Positions 36,760-45,930 of a stretch of 64,000 nt of DNA are shown in pieces. Location: positions 3,882 through 67,881 of the forward strand of contig CAYHTZ010000005.1 of NCBI GenBank assembly GCA_964359735.1, given 5' to 3'. The translations under genes were made by a program, and so were the position numbers. Every line of letters begins with the position of its first letter. Positions within the stretch are counted from its first letter, which is position 1. The DNA is from an uncultured Candidatus Saccharibacteria bacterium (GTDB lineage Bacteria; Patescibacteriota; Andersenbacteria; UBA10190). The notes below the pieces were generated by a model. It saw nothing but the letters and a program-made list of their open reading frames with translations, made no database searches and was not told the origin of the DNA.

Positions 36760-37386
36760 ATGAGGCTCGTGACAACCGAGGCGAAAAGCCCATCCCGTAC
36801 CCGTCGCTGGACGCTTAATTTTGTTACGACCACGTTTGCAATCGCGCTCGCCCTGCTCTACGTGTTAGTACTGCGCAGTATTTCGGTGCAAATTGCTCCC
36901 CCGCCGGGGCCGCTCTCAGAACCATACCCAGACACCAGTACGCAGGAACTATGTGAAGAGGCTGGCGGCCGCTGGATTAGCCCCGTTAGAGACCCGGTCT
37001 CAGAGAGACCGGCAGTCCCGCCAGATGCGGGACTTGTCTCTAACGGGGTAGAAACGCGGTCTCCCACTCCCTATTGCCAGAGTCCCCTTGCCTTTGAGCG
37101 TGAGCGGGAAATGCAGCAAGAGAAGAGTCAGCAAACTATGCTGTTTGTCTTCGCCATTGGGGGCGCCATCGTGGTAGCGGCTAGCCTTCTGGTTGACCTG
37201 TTAAAACCCGTTGCCCCCGGCCTCATGTTGGGAGGCATTGTTTCGTTCTTTATTGCTGGCATTCAAATTTGGGTCCTCGCCCCCGGCTGGGGCCGCCTGG
37301 TTACGATTGTTGCGATCTTCTTGATTCTCGTCGGCGTGGGTCTCTACACCTTGCGTAAGGAAGAAGATAAATCATCTACCCGCTAA
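36760..37386 (+). CDS. Hypothetical 4-TM membrane protein with a Cys-containing external loop
   Basis: TM pattern; CEEAGGRW..YC. Confidence 0.65.
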   Translation: MRLVTTEAKSPSRTRRWTLNFVTTTFAIALALLYVLVLRSISVQIAPPPGPLSEPYPDTSTQELCEEAGGRWISPVRDPVSERPAVPPDAGLVSNGVETRSPTPYCQSPLAFEREREMQQEKSQQTMLFVFAIGGAIVVAASLLVDLLKPVAPGLMLGGIVSFFIAGIQIWVLAPGWGRLVTIVAIFLILVGVGLYTLRKEEDKSSTR

Positions 37387-37411
37387 TAATTTCCTGGTAT
37401 AGACTTGATCT

Positions 37412-37717
37412 ATGGCTGAAAAGAAACAGTCCAACGATTTCCGTGACCCTACTCCGGCTACCCATGGGGATCTGAACATTTGGGGCGGGAAGATTCAGGA
37501 AGATATTCAAGAGATTCGTGGCGAATTGGCCATGAAGCCGAATAAGGAAGATTTAGAAAAGTTTGCTAAGAAGATCACGGATCACTTCGATAAGCATATC
37601 GAAGCGTTCGTCGAAAATCGTGCTTCACAGCTACTTGGGGTAAAGCATGACGAAATCCGCGAAATTCAACGCAAGGTTAAAAACCACGAACAGCGGATTA
37701 CTGTTTTAGAGCGATAA
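37412..37717 (+). CDS. Small coiled-coil hypothetical protein
   Basis: PATHGD, PNKED and HEQRITVLE; resembles 23970..24293. Confidence 0.6.
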   Translation: MAEKKQSNDFRDPTPATHGDLNIWGGKIQEDIQEIRGELAMKPNKEDLEKFAKKITDHFDKHIEAFVENRASQLLGVKHDEIREIQRKVKNHEQRITVLER

Positions 37718-37961
37718 TTTGAAGACCGAATTTGTTAACGTCCTCGTTCGGCCAGAAGTCAACATCTTTTGTTTTGAGGACGTACGTCACCTCTTTCTCA
37801 ATTTGTCGCCCAGTATACGTTTGTTCCTCCGAGTTCCACTCTTGTAAAACGAGAATATCGCCAGGCGTGCACTCAAAATCAGCTAACCGCAGCTCAAAAG
37901 TTTTTTCCCCAGACAAAACTTTCTCAAAAAACCTGGGCAAGATTTTCTTTTCGATCCTCAT
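37698..37961 (-). CDS. DUF3850/ASCH-domain protein
   Basis: KILPRFFEKVLSGEKTFELR..GDILVLQEW..YTGR..VTYV. Confidence 0.85.
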   Translation of the reverse strand: MRIEKKILPRFFEKVLSGEKTFELRLADFECTPGDILVLQEWNSEEQTYTGRQIEKEVTYVLKTKDVDFWPNEDVNKFGLQIIALKQ

Positions 37962-38948
37962 CTAGCGCTTCCGCTTGAGCACGCGCTGAACGGCGGTGGT
38001 GATGGCGTCGGCATCCATTTTGTATTTTTTGAGAAGCTCTTCGGGCTGGCCCGATTCGCCAAAAGAATTCTGCATGCCAACGAATTCTATGGGCACGGGG
38101 TACGTGCGCACTACTACTTCGGCAATAGCGCTTCCCACGCCAGCCATTATTTGATGTTCTTCCACGGTAACGATGGCTCCGCACTCCCGGGCTGCTCGTT
38201 CGATGGCATCCTCATCCATCGGTTTAATGCTGGGAGAATTTATCACCCGGCATTTAATGCCGCGCTCCAGCAGCCGGTCGGCGGCGAGAAGCGCCGAGTG
38301 AATAATTGGTCCCGCGCCGATGATGGCCACATCACTTCCCTCTTGCAAAACTAGAGCTTTGCCCGGTTTAAACGGCGTTTTATCGGTCGTGAATGCTGGA
38401 GTCGCCGCCCGAGCATAGCGAAAATACACCGGACCCTGTATCCCCACTGCCGCGTGCACCACTTTGCGCGTTTCCTCCGTATCGCACGGCACAAACACGG
38501 TCATGCGGGGTAACACCCGGGTCAATGCCACGTCTTCCATCGCCTGGTGGGTGGCGCCATCCGGGCCCACGGAAATGCCCGTGTGAGCCCCCGCGTACTT
38601 TACGTTGGCGCCATTATAGGCGCCGGAAATACGCACCTGATCCCAATTTCTCCCCGGGCAGAAGACGGCGTATGTGGAAACAAAAGGAATTTTGCCGTTG
38701 AGGGAAAGCCCCACCGCCACGTTCGCCATATTCTGTTCCTGAATGCCGCACTGAATGTATCGGTCGGGAAATTTTGCCTGGAATTTACTCGCCTTGGTAG
38801 AATCACCGAGGTCAGCGGTGAGCACCACCACGTCTTTGTTTTTCTCCCCTACTTCCACGAGACCCATGCCATATCCGTCTCGCGTGCCTACTACCTCGAC
38901 ATCCTTCGAGAGTGTATTGCGTTTTAGATGTGCGTTCTTGGCTAGCAT
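37962..38948 (-). CDS. Transketolase, C-terminal subunit
   Basis: TADL, GIQEQN, GPDGATHQ and VEEH. Confidence 0.93.
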   Translation of the reverse strand: MLAKNAHLKRNTLSKDVEVVGTRDGYGMGLVEVGEKNKDVVVLTADLGDSTKASKFQAKFPDRYIQCGIQEQNMANVAVGLSLNGKIPFVSTYAVFCPGRNWDQVRISGAYNGANVKYAGAHTGISVGPDGATHQAMEDVALTRVLPRMTVFVPCDTEETRKVVHAAVGIQGPVYFRYARAATPAFTTDKTPFKPGKALVLQEGSDVAIIGAGPIIHSALLAADRLLERGIKCRVINSPSIKPMDEDAIERAARECGAIVTVEEHQIMAGVGSAIAEVVVRTYPVPIEFVGMQNSFGESGQPEELLKKYKMDADAITTAVQRVLKRKR

Positions 38949-38950
38949 AA

Positions 38951-39805
38951 TTACAAATCCATGTTATCGATCTTTCCCTCCAGTGTGCGCAGTTGATGAA
39001 GCGCCACCTTGCCTTGTTGGGCATCGGGAGGGTTACCGTGCCATTTAAAGTCGTACTCCATGAAGTCCACTCCCTTACCGGCAATCGTATGGGCAATAAT
39101 GGCGACGGGCTTCTCCACAATGGCTTTAGCTTCATTGCAGGCGTCAATAATGTGTTCGATATTATGACCGTCGATCTCTAGCACATGCCAGCCGAAGGCC
39201 TCGTAACGGTCTCGCAGAGGCTCTTTAGTCATGATTTTTTCCGTCGGTCCGTCAATCTGAATATTATTACGGTCGACAATCGCCGTAAGGTGCGCCAGCT
39301 TGTAATGCCCGGCAAACATAATGGCTTCCCAGGTTGAGCCTTCATCGTGCTCCCCATCAGAAAGGACGCAGTATGTCTGGTAGTTTTTCCTATCCATCTG
39401 CCCCGCGTAGGCGCACCCGCACGCAATGGAAAGCCCCTGTCCAAGGCTTGCGGCCGTACTCTCCACCCCGGGGGTATATTCCCGGTCCATGTGCCCCTGC
39501 AGGCGGCTGCCGAGCTTCCGCAATGTTTTTAGCTCTTCCACTGGGAAAAACCCCGCGTGTGCAAGCACGGCGTACCAAATGGGTGCCGTGTGGCCGCACG
39601 ATATATACAGCCGGTCGCGCATCGGGTCATTTCTTTTTTTCGGGTCAATATTCATCACGTTGAAATACAGCGCGCACGCTATATCGGCGAGATCCAGAGG
39701 GCCAGCCGAGTGCCCACTGCCTGCCGCTAGCAACATTTTAATGACATCTTGTCGCAACGTATTCGCCATTCGATTCAAGTCCTTGAGGTTGTTCAAGCGT
39801 TTCAT
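38951..39805 (-). CDS. Transketolase, N-terminal (ThDP-binding) subunit
   Basis: GSGH, LQGH, SLGQG, SDGE..EG..WEA and DGHN. Confidence 0.93.
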   Translation of the reverse strand: MKRLNNLKDLNRMANTLRQDVIKMLLAAGSGHSAGPLDLADIACALYFNVMNIDPKKRNDPMRDRLYISCGHTAPIWYAVLAHAGFFPVEELKTLRKLGSRLQGHMDREYTPGVESTAASLGQGLSIACGCAYAGQMDRKNYQTYCVLSDGEHDEGSTWEAIMFAGHYKLAHLTAIVDRNNIQIDGPTEKIMTKEPLRDRYEAFGWHVLEIDGHNIEHIIDACNEAKAIVEKPVAIIAHTIAGKGVDFMEYDFKWHGNPPDAQQGKVALHQLRTLEGKIDNMDL

Positions 39806-39857
39806 GCCTTTCAGTATACACAATTGCGCTTTTCGCTCACCACGGTAGATTAAAAGC

Positions 39858-40289
39858 GTGAAGATGAAGTTCACCTCAGGCTCGCTGCTTGCCGGCCTAG
39901 CTCTGGCAGTTGCGATCATTGCCCTGATTGTGGGCGTTGTAGCTCTCAGGCGCCCCGGGACGCTTATCACAGGCCCCGAAACTAATTTCAAAGAACAAAT
40001 TGGCATCATCACTGCCCGCGCTCGCAGCGAAGCGCGGCTTAAGTTGGTTCAGGCTCAGCTTGTTGCCAAGGAAGGGTACGATGACGCGGCCACGCAGGTG
40101 CAGGATATCCGGGCTGATTTACGTGGGGCTTATGCCGAAGCAAAAGAAGAGTCCAAGCAGGAATGGGTTGAGCTCGATAAAGACCTAGAACAGCTGGAAG
40201 TACAAATCCGCGATAAGAGCGCCGATGCGTTGCAAACGCTTGAGAATATCTTGACGCGGCTGCGCCAAGAGGTCCGCACTGACGATTGA
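39858..40289 (+). CDS. Membrane-anchored helical hypothetical protein
   Basis: N-terminal TM and coiled coil. TAGATT lies 6 nt before GTG. Confidence 0.6.
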   Translation: MKMKFTSGSLLAGLALAVAIIALIVGVVALRRPGTLITGPETNFKEQIGIITARARSEARLKLVQAQLVAKEGYDDAATQVQDIRADLRGAYAEAKEESKQEWVELDKDLEQLEVQIRDKSADALQTLENILTRLRQEVRTDD

Positions 40290-40290
40290 T

Positions 40291-41052
40291 TTACTTCCCT
40301 CGCTCAGCAGAGTTGGCTAAGAGGCGCAGCTGTTCGTAATTTTCGCGAGGGTCGCCCTGCCCGAAGATAGATGTATTTGCACAAAGAATTGTGGCCCCGG
40401 CCCGGACATAATCAGGCACAGATTCTTTTTTCACTCCCCCATCCACCGCAATGGGAATGCCGGGATGCTTGTCGTAAAACTGTCCGATCTTGTTATAGAC
40501 AATGGGGTTAATAGGCTGGTTAGCGAATCCTGGGTTGTAGCCCATGAATAGAACGTAATCAAGTAACGTGAGTTGCTCCTCAAGGCGTTGATTTGGGCTT
40601 TCCGGGTTTACGGCTAACGCTAACTGTGATTGGGTTTTCTCCCGCAGCGTTTCGTAGACAAATTTTACGCCATTTGTTCCTTCAAATGCTTCTAAGTGAA
40701 ATACTACTCGGGCCGGATTCAAATCAATGATGTCATCAACGAAATTCCCTGGTGTGTGCACCATCATATGCAGCTCAACCTTGCTGCTCTCTGGGAGCCG
40801 CTTAAACCGTTTTATGTCGCGAAAAGTCCCATCTCCGGCAAAAACTCCATCCGTAATATCGATTTGAATGTGATCCGGCAGTTTATAAATCTTTTTCCAA
40901 TCTTCCTCAATTCCCTCCCATGTTTTGCGGAGAATGGCAGGGACAATCTCGATCGGGGGTAAAGAAATCCCTCCCAACCTCCCTTTATCAAGGGAGGGGA
41001 TTTTTTCAGCAAGTCCACTTGATAAGGGGGATTTAGGGGGTTTTGTTTTCAT
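40291..41052 (-). CDS. rpe: Ribulose-phosphate 3-epimerase with a repeat-encoded N-terminal extension
   Basis: IVPAIL, QIDITDGVF, ELHMMV, FHLE, PGFANQ and IAVDGGV. Confidence 0.85.
   Translation of the reverse strand: MKTKPPKSPLSSGLAEKIPSLDKGRLGGISLPPIEIVPAILRKTWEGIEEDWKKIYKLPDHIQIDITDGVFAGDGTFRDIKRFKRLPESSKVELHMMVHTPGNFVDDIIDLNPARVVFHLEAFEGTNGVKFVYETLREKTQSQLALAVNPESPNQRLEEQLTLLDYVLFMGYNPGFANQPINPIVYNKIGQFYDKHPGIPIAVDGGVKKESVPDYVRAGATILCANTSIFGQGDPRENYEQLRLLANSAERGK
40965..41044. repeat. Family A repeat, copy A2 (overlaps the rpiB stop; in frame in rpe)
   Basis: AAATCCCTCCCAA-CCTCCCTTTATCAAGGGAGG..TCCACTTGATAAGGGGGA-TTTAGGGGGTTTT. Confidence 0.85.
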
Positions 41053-41485
41053 ACTCTTCAATGGTCTTAATGCGCCGAATATGTCTTTCTTCCCCGCTGA
41101 ATGGAGTCTCAAGGAAGACTTTTAAAATCTTCTTGGCTTCTTTTTCCGAGAGCCAATCGCCGGACAGGACCACCACGTTAGCATCGTTCTTCTCTCTGGC
41201 GAGCCCGGCCGAATTCTCGTCGTGGACGGTGATGGCGCGGACACCTTTAACCTTGTTAGCGGCTATGACCATACCAGCCGCTGATCGGCAGGCAAGGATC
41301 CCAATTGCATCCCTTGTCTTGCCGACTTTTTCTGCTACCGCGAGTGCAAATGGTGGGTAATCGTCCCCTTTGTCATATGTTGTATTCCCTAAATCTTCCC
41401 AGGTGTGTCCCCACTCCACAAGCCACCTTTTGATACGCTCCTTCAGCTCAAATCCCCCATGGTCCGCTCCTAGGTAAACATGCAT
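41033..41485 (-). CDS. rpiB: Ribose-5-phosphate isomerase B
   Basis: GADHGGFELK, DDYP, ANKVKGVRA, NDANV and RHIRRI. Confidence 0.93.
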   Translation of the reverse strand: MHVYLGADHGGFELKERIKRWLVEWGHTWEDLGNTTYDKGDDYPPFALAVAEKVGKTRDAIGILACRSAAGMVIAANKVKGVRAITVHDENSAGLAREKNDANVVVLSGDWLSEKEAKKILKVFLETPFSGEERHIRRIKTIEEYENKTP

Positions 41486-41576
41486 ATATCAGTTATACAC
41501 AGCTAAAAAGAAAGACAACAGAGGATAACTGCACTTGCTTGACAAGGGCCTGGGCTCCAAGCTACAAGCTAGCTGT

Positions 41577-43403
41577 ATGTGCGGCATTGTTGGGTGTATT
41601 AGCAAAGATAATGTCGTCCCATTTTTGTTAGAGGGATTGCATAAAGAAAGTTACCGCGGCTACGACAGCAGCGGTCTCTGTGTCTTTGCTCCTGCCCCGG
41701 TAACAATCAAAGCTGTTGGCCACCTCGACCAGTTAGAATCAAAATTGGCAGGCTTGGACATGAGCGGCCACTTAGGCATTGGCCATAACCGCTGGGCCAC
41801 CCATGGCGGTGTCACCGAGCAAAATGCTCATCCTCACGCCGACTGTAAGGAGCGTATCTTCGTGGTACACAATGGCATTATCGAAAATCACGCTGAACTC
41901 AAAGGAAAGCTGCAAGAGAAAGGCCACACCTTCGGCTCCGAAACCGATACCGAAGTCCTGGCTCACCTGATCGAACAATTCTACACAGGCAACTTGGAAG
42001 ATGCTGTCCGCCAATCCCTGCAAGTCGTGCGCGGCACGTATGGGCTGATTGCAATCTCCGCCGACGAGCCCGATAAAATGGTGGCAGCCCGCATGTCGAG
42101 TCCGGTGGTGGTTTCGGTGGCGGGAACCAAAGGCTATGTGGCTTCAGACCCCACCGCGCTGGCCGGCCACACGGAGCATCTCACGTTCTTAGATGACGGC
42201 GAGGTGGCCGTCATTAAAGCAGGTGAATTTCACGTCACGGATTTGAACAGCAAGATCAAGTACAAACCGCTCACCAAATTAGATTGGAGCAGCGAAGCGG
42301 TGGATTTGGGCGCCTATCCCCACTTCATGCTGAAGGAAATTCACGAGCAGCCAGTGAGCCTCACGAATACTCTGCGCGGGCGCCTTTTACCTAAAACCGG
42401 CGACGTTCGCTTGGGTGGGCTCACGAGTATCACCGGGCAGCTACGCCGCGTCAAGCGCTGCCAAATCGTGGCCTGCGGGACGGCCTGTTATGCCGGCCGT
42501 GTCGGTGAGTACATGTTAGAAGAGCAAGCCGGGATACCCTGCGAAGTTGATATCGCCAGTGAATACCGCTATCGCAACCCTATGGTGGATAAATACACCG
42601 CCTTCGTTTTTATTTCGCAATCAGGAGAAACTGGCGATACCTTAGCGGCTCTTGAGGAAGTGAAGCGCAAAGGCGGACTGACGCTAGGCATTGTGAATAC
42701 CATCGGTTCCTCCATTGCCCGCGCTACCGAGGCCGGAGTCTACAATCATGCCGGCCCGGAAATCGGCGTCGCGTCTACCAAAGCGTTTACCTCGCAACTG
42801 GCAGTGCTCGCTATGCTCACTGTGCTGCTGGGCAGGCAACGCCACATGTCCCAAAGCACTGCGGCCGAGATTATCCAGGAGCTGGCTCGCCTGCCGGAGA
42901 AATTAGCCGCGGCCGCCAGTGTTAGCGAGAAGACCCTGCAACGCTTAGCCGAGAATCTCGTGAATGCCCGCACCGTCCTCTACATTGGCAGGAAGTATCA
43001 GTACCCTATTGCACTCGAGGGAGCGCTTAAACTAAAGGAAGTTTCTTACATTCACGCGGAAGGATATGGTGCAGGAGAACTGAAGCATGGTGCTATGGCC
43101 TTGATTGACAAAGCCGTGCCAACGGTCGCCATCTGCACCCAAGATAGCGTCTACGAGAAAACCCTGTCGAATTTGCAAGAAATAAAATCACGCAGCGGGC
43201 CAATCATTGCCATTGCTACGGAGGGCGACACCCAGATCGAAAGCGTCACCAAAGATGTTATCTACGTACCGCAGACGCTGGAGATGTTGCAACCGATTAT
43301 CAACGTTGTGCCCCTGCAGCTCCTCGCCTACTACGCGGGCGTAGCACGCGGCCTGAATATCGACAAGCCGCGCAACTTGGCGAAATCGGTCACGGTTGAG
43401 TAA
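41577..43403 (+). CDS. glmS: Glutamine--fructose-6-phosphate aminotransferase
   Basis: MCGIVG, YRGYDS, RWATHG, SQSGET and PRNLAKSVTVE. Confidence 0.98.
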   Translation: MCGIVGCISKDNVVPFLLEGLHKESYRGYDSSGLCVFAPAPVTIKAVGHLDQLESKLAGLDMSGHLGIGHNRWATHGGVTEQNAHPHADCKERIFVVHNGIIENHAELKGKLQEKGHTFGSETDTEVLAHLIEQFYTGNLEDAVRQSLQVVRGTYGLIAISADEPDKMVAARMSSPVVVSVAGTKGYVASDPTALAGHTEHLTFLDDGEVAVIKAGEFHVTDLNSKIKYKPLTKLDWSSEAVDLGAYPHFMLKEIHEQPVSLTNTLRGRLLPKTGDVRLGGLTSITGQLRRVKRCQIVACGTACYAGRVGEYMLEEQAGIPCEVDIASEYRYRNPMVDKYTAFVFISQSGETGDTLAALEEVKRKGGLTLGIVNTIGSSIARATEAGVYNHAGPEIGVASTKAFTSQLAVLAMLTVLLGRQRHMSQSTAAEIIQELARLPEKLAAAASVSEKTLQRLAENLVNARTVLYIGRKYQYPIALEGALKLKEVSYIHAEGYGAGELKHGAMALIDKAVPTVAICTQDSVYEKTLSNLQEIKSRSGPIIAIATEGDTQIESVTKDVIYVPQTLEMLQPIINVVPLQLLAYYAGVARGLNIDKPRNLAKSVTVE

Positions 43404-43405
43404 GT

Positions 43406-43852
43406 ATGTCTCGAGATATTTTAATGACCGCCAACCCGGCGCAGTACCGCCGCCAGAAAACTGCGCCTTTTAAAACCTTGTTTTTGCCTGTTGAGGAATT
43501 TTATCAAAATGAGACTTTAACTCAGCGGCACGACGAAGTGCTCTGGCAGGATTTCCACACCCATGGCAAATATGCCCGCATTGCTAAACACGTTGAGTAC
43601 GTAGCCGTGGCAGTGGATAAAGACGAACGGTATGTAGCCTCGGCCTTGATCGTTCCCTTAGGGGCTAAGTGGATCCTGGAATATGTTATGACGGATCCCC
43701 TTCACCAAGGCAAAGGAGCGGGGTCAGCCGTCATGGATTGCGTGATGCGAGAAGCGAAGCGGCACAAAGCTCAGTGGGTTATTCTCAACTGCGACCCGAA
43801 AAAAAATCAGGGCCAGTTGCCCCGTTTCTACGCCAAATTCGGATTTTCATAG
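43406..43852 (+). CDS. GNAT N-acetyltransferase
   Basis: V.TDPLHQGKGAG acetyl-CoA motif and FYAKFGF. Confidence 0.85.
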   Translation: MSRDILMTANPAQYRRQKTAPFKTLFLPVEEFYQNETLTQRHDEVLWQDFHTHGKYARIAKHVEYVAVAVDKDERYVASALIVPLGAKWILEYVMTDPLHQGKGAGSAVMDCVMREAKRHKAQWVILNCDPKKNQGQLPRFYAKFGFS

Positions 43853-44410
43853 TTACCACTCTCTGGCCACAAGCCCGATTGCGAGAATCCCCAAAAAGTT
43901 TGCCACGAGCGAGAGAAGAAAAAAGTCTTTCTTCCGAGTCTTCATAAATCCAAGCAGGGCAATGCCGATTTCGTCAGGCAGTGGTGAGGCAATAATAATC
44001 ATGCCGAGAATAATGGTAAGCCACCGCGCAGATGGAAGCTTCCAAATTTTTGGTAAACGCCTCACTTTGTGACCCAACAGCGAACGAATGTCTTCCGACA
44101 GCCTGTCTCTCACGAATCGGAAAATAAGATAGTCCCCTGCCAGCGCTCCAAAGGCACCTACTGCTGCCACATCCCAAACGGAATTCGCCTGTGCTAATTC
44201 TCCTAAGAGTACGGCGGCCGGGGCGGCGGTAAAGACAGAAGTAAAAAGCATTCCCGCCAGAAAGCTACCAACAAGGCGCCATTCTCCTACGGTCACGAGA
44301 AATGTTTCCAAGGCGCCGGACTTTCCTAGCAGTACCGCTACTAAAACGCTCAACGCGATGATACCTATATCCTGGTATATGTTCCGGGGGATTTGGCCTT
44401 GCATGTGCAT
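43853..44410 (-). CDS. VTT/DedA-like membrane protein
   Basis: GALAGDYLIFRFVR and SPLPDE; multi-TM. Confidence 0.7.
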   Translation of the reverse strand: MHMQGQIPRNIYQDIGIIALSVLVAVLLGKSGALETFLVTVGEWRLVGSFLAGMLFTSVFTAAPAAVLLGELAQANSVWDVAAVGAFGALAGDYLIFRFVRDRLSEDIRSLLGHKVRRLPKIWKLPSARWLTIILGMIIIASPLPDEIGIALLGFMKTRKKDFFLLSLVANFLGILAIGLVAREW

Positions 44411-44460
44411 ATTCCCAGTATACTCGCTGAAATAGCGAGCCCTGGGTAGTATATAAATAC

Positions 44461-44533
44461 GTCCCTATAGCTCAGCGGATAGAGCGCTGCCCTCCGAAGG
44501 CAGAGGCCGCAGGTTCGATTCCTGCTGGGGACA
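44461..44533 (+). tRNA. tRNA-Arg(CCG), CCA not encoded
   Basis: CTGCC-CTCCGAA-GGCAG anticodon arm and GGTTCGATTCC T arm. Confidence 0.95.
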
Positions 44534-44539
44534 CAAAAT

Positions 44540-45442
44540 ATGGCCACCCAAGCTGAAATATCACGGACGTACGACTGGATCGACGAAATATTCCGATTGA
44601 GCATGGGTGAGCATGGCGACTTCACGTGTGCTTTTTACGATGGCGATTACTCTAAAACGCTGGAAAAAGCTCAAGCAGATAAACACGAATACATACTAAA
44701 CGGCATTCGCTTTCACGCCGGGCTGCGAGTATTGGACATTGGGTCGGGCTGGGGCCCGATGCTGAGAGCGGTGGAGAGTAAGGCAGGTGAGGCAGTTGGC
44801 CTGACCCTATCCCCCGCGCAGGCAAGGTGGTGCCTCAAAAGGGGGCTAAAAGTTCTTTTGCAGGATTATAAAACCACTGATCCTCAGAAACTGGGTATGT
44901 TTGATGGAGTTGTTTCCGTGGGTGCCTTTGAACATTTTTGTTCCATCTCAGAATTTCTGGCGGGAAAGCAGGAGCAGATCTACCAACAATTTTTTCAGTT
45001 CTGTGCCTCGGTTTTGCCACCGGGAGGCAGGCTATACCTGCAAACCATGACCTGGGGGAAGGCAGTCCCCGACCCAGGATTAATTGAGCGAGAACACCCC
45101 GCCGGCAGTGATGAGTTTCATTTGAAACTCGCCACTCATTTTTACCCCGGCTCCTGGCTTCCTTCTGGATTAGATCAAATGAAGAAATGTGGCGAACCAA
45201 GCTTTGATTTTATTTCAAGTAATAATGGAAGGCTCGATTATATCAAAACCCTGACAGAGTGGGGAAAAAGAGCTAACAAATTTAGTTTCAAGCTCCTGGC
45301 AGCTAAGGTGAAACTGTTGCCGAGGTATCTAGCCGATAAGGAGTTTAGAACTCAGCTCAGGTTTGTTTTTAACGGCTCGCAATCTGAGATTTTCAAGCGA
45401 AACCTTTTCAGCCACGAACGAATGATCTTCGAGAAGAGATAG
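44540..45442 (+). CDS. Cyclopropane-fatty-acid/mycolic-acid synthase (CMAS)-family SAM methyltransferase
   Basis: TCAFY..TLEKAQ, VLDIGSGWG, GLTLS..Q, SVGAFEHF, YPGSWLP and YIKTLTEW. Confidence 0.85.
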   Translation: MATQAEISRTYDWIDEIFRLSMGEHGDFTCAFYDGDYSKTLEKAQADKHEYILNGIRFHAGLRVLDIGSGWGPMLRAVESKAGEAVGLTLSPAQARWCLKRGLKVLLQDYKTTDPQKLGMFDGVVSVGAFEHFCSISEFLAGKQEQIYQQFFQFCASVLPPGGRLYLQTMTWGKAVPDPGLIEREHPAGSDEFHLKLATHFYPGSWLPSGLDQMKKCGEPSFDFISSNNGRLDYIKTLTEWGKRANKFSFKLLAAKVKLLPRYLADKEFRTQLRFVFNGSQSEIFKRNLFSHERMIFEKR

Positions 45443-45443
45443 T

Positions 45444-45773
45444 TCAGAGGAGTTCACGTTGTTCGACATCTAGATGATTTTGAATGTCAAGAAGTAGTTG
45501 GATATATTTGGCCGCTGTTCGATTTCGAATCCCCTCAATTCTTATCGGAGTCATTACACCTTCGGGTAACGATTTGGCCGTTTTCTCAATAATTGAAACT
45601 AGTTTCTTAAAATCCTTCTTGTATTTTTCCGGTACGTAAGGCTCGTGAAGTTGAAATAGTATCTCTGGAGCTGCACTTGCCAGTCGTCTATTCGCATTTC
45701 CCTCGTGAGTAGCGATGCGGTAATTGATACCAGAGAGCTTTGAAAAAAAGTAATTCTTCATCGCCAAGTCCAT
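45444..45773 (-). CDS. Hypothetical low-GC protein
   Basis: 109-aa ORF starting just after tRNA-Gln. The longer track ORF runs through the tRNA and is not credible. Confidence 0.5.
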   Translation of the reverse strand: MDLAMKNYFFSKLSGINYRIATHEGNANRRLASAAPEILFQLHEPYVPEKYKKDFKKLVSIIEKTAKSLPEGVMTPIRIEGIRNRTAAKYIQLLLDIQNHLDVEQRELL

Positions 45774-45787
45774 TGGTTCTCTAAATG

Positions 45788-45858
45788 TTCCGGGACTTGG
45801 ATTCGAACCAAGATTAGCAGATTCAGAGTCTGCTGTCCTGCCATTAGACGATCCCGGA
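45788..45858 (-). tRNA. tRNA-Gln(CTG), CCA not encoded
   Basis: TCCGGGA acceptor stem, GCAGA-CTCTGAA-TCTGC anticodon arm and GGTTCGAATCC. Confidence 0.95.
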
Positions 45859-45930
45859 GTGTATCGAAGGTATACCAAACATTCATGTGATTCTGCAAAT
45901 GGAAGGAGCCTGCTATGATGACTTTCAGAT

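Noticed and set aside
41486-41576. glmS ribozyme
   Set aside because: Only ~90 nt is shared with the divergent rpiB promoter region, and the conserved core is not visible.
45774-45878. N-terminal extension of ORF 45444..45878
   Set aside because: It is a translation of the tRNA-Gln gene.
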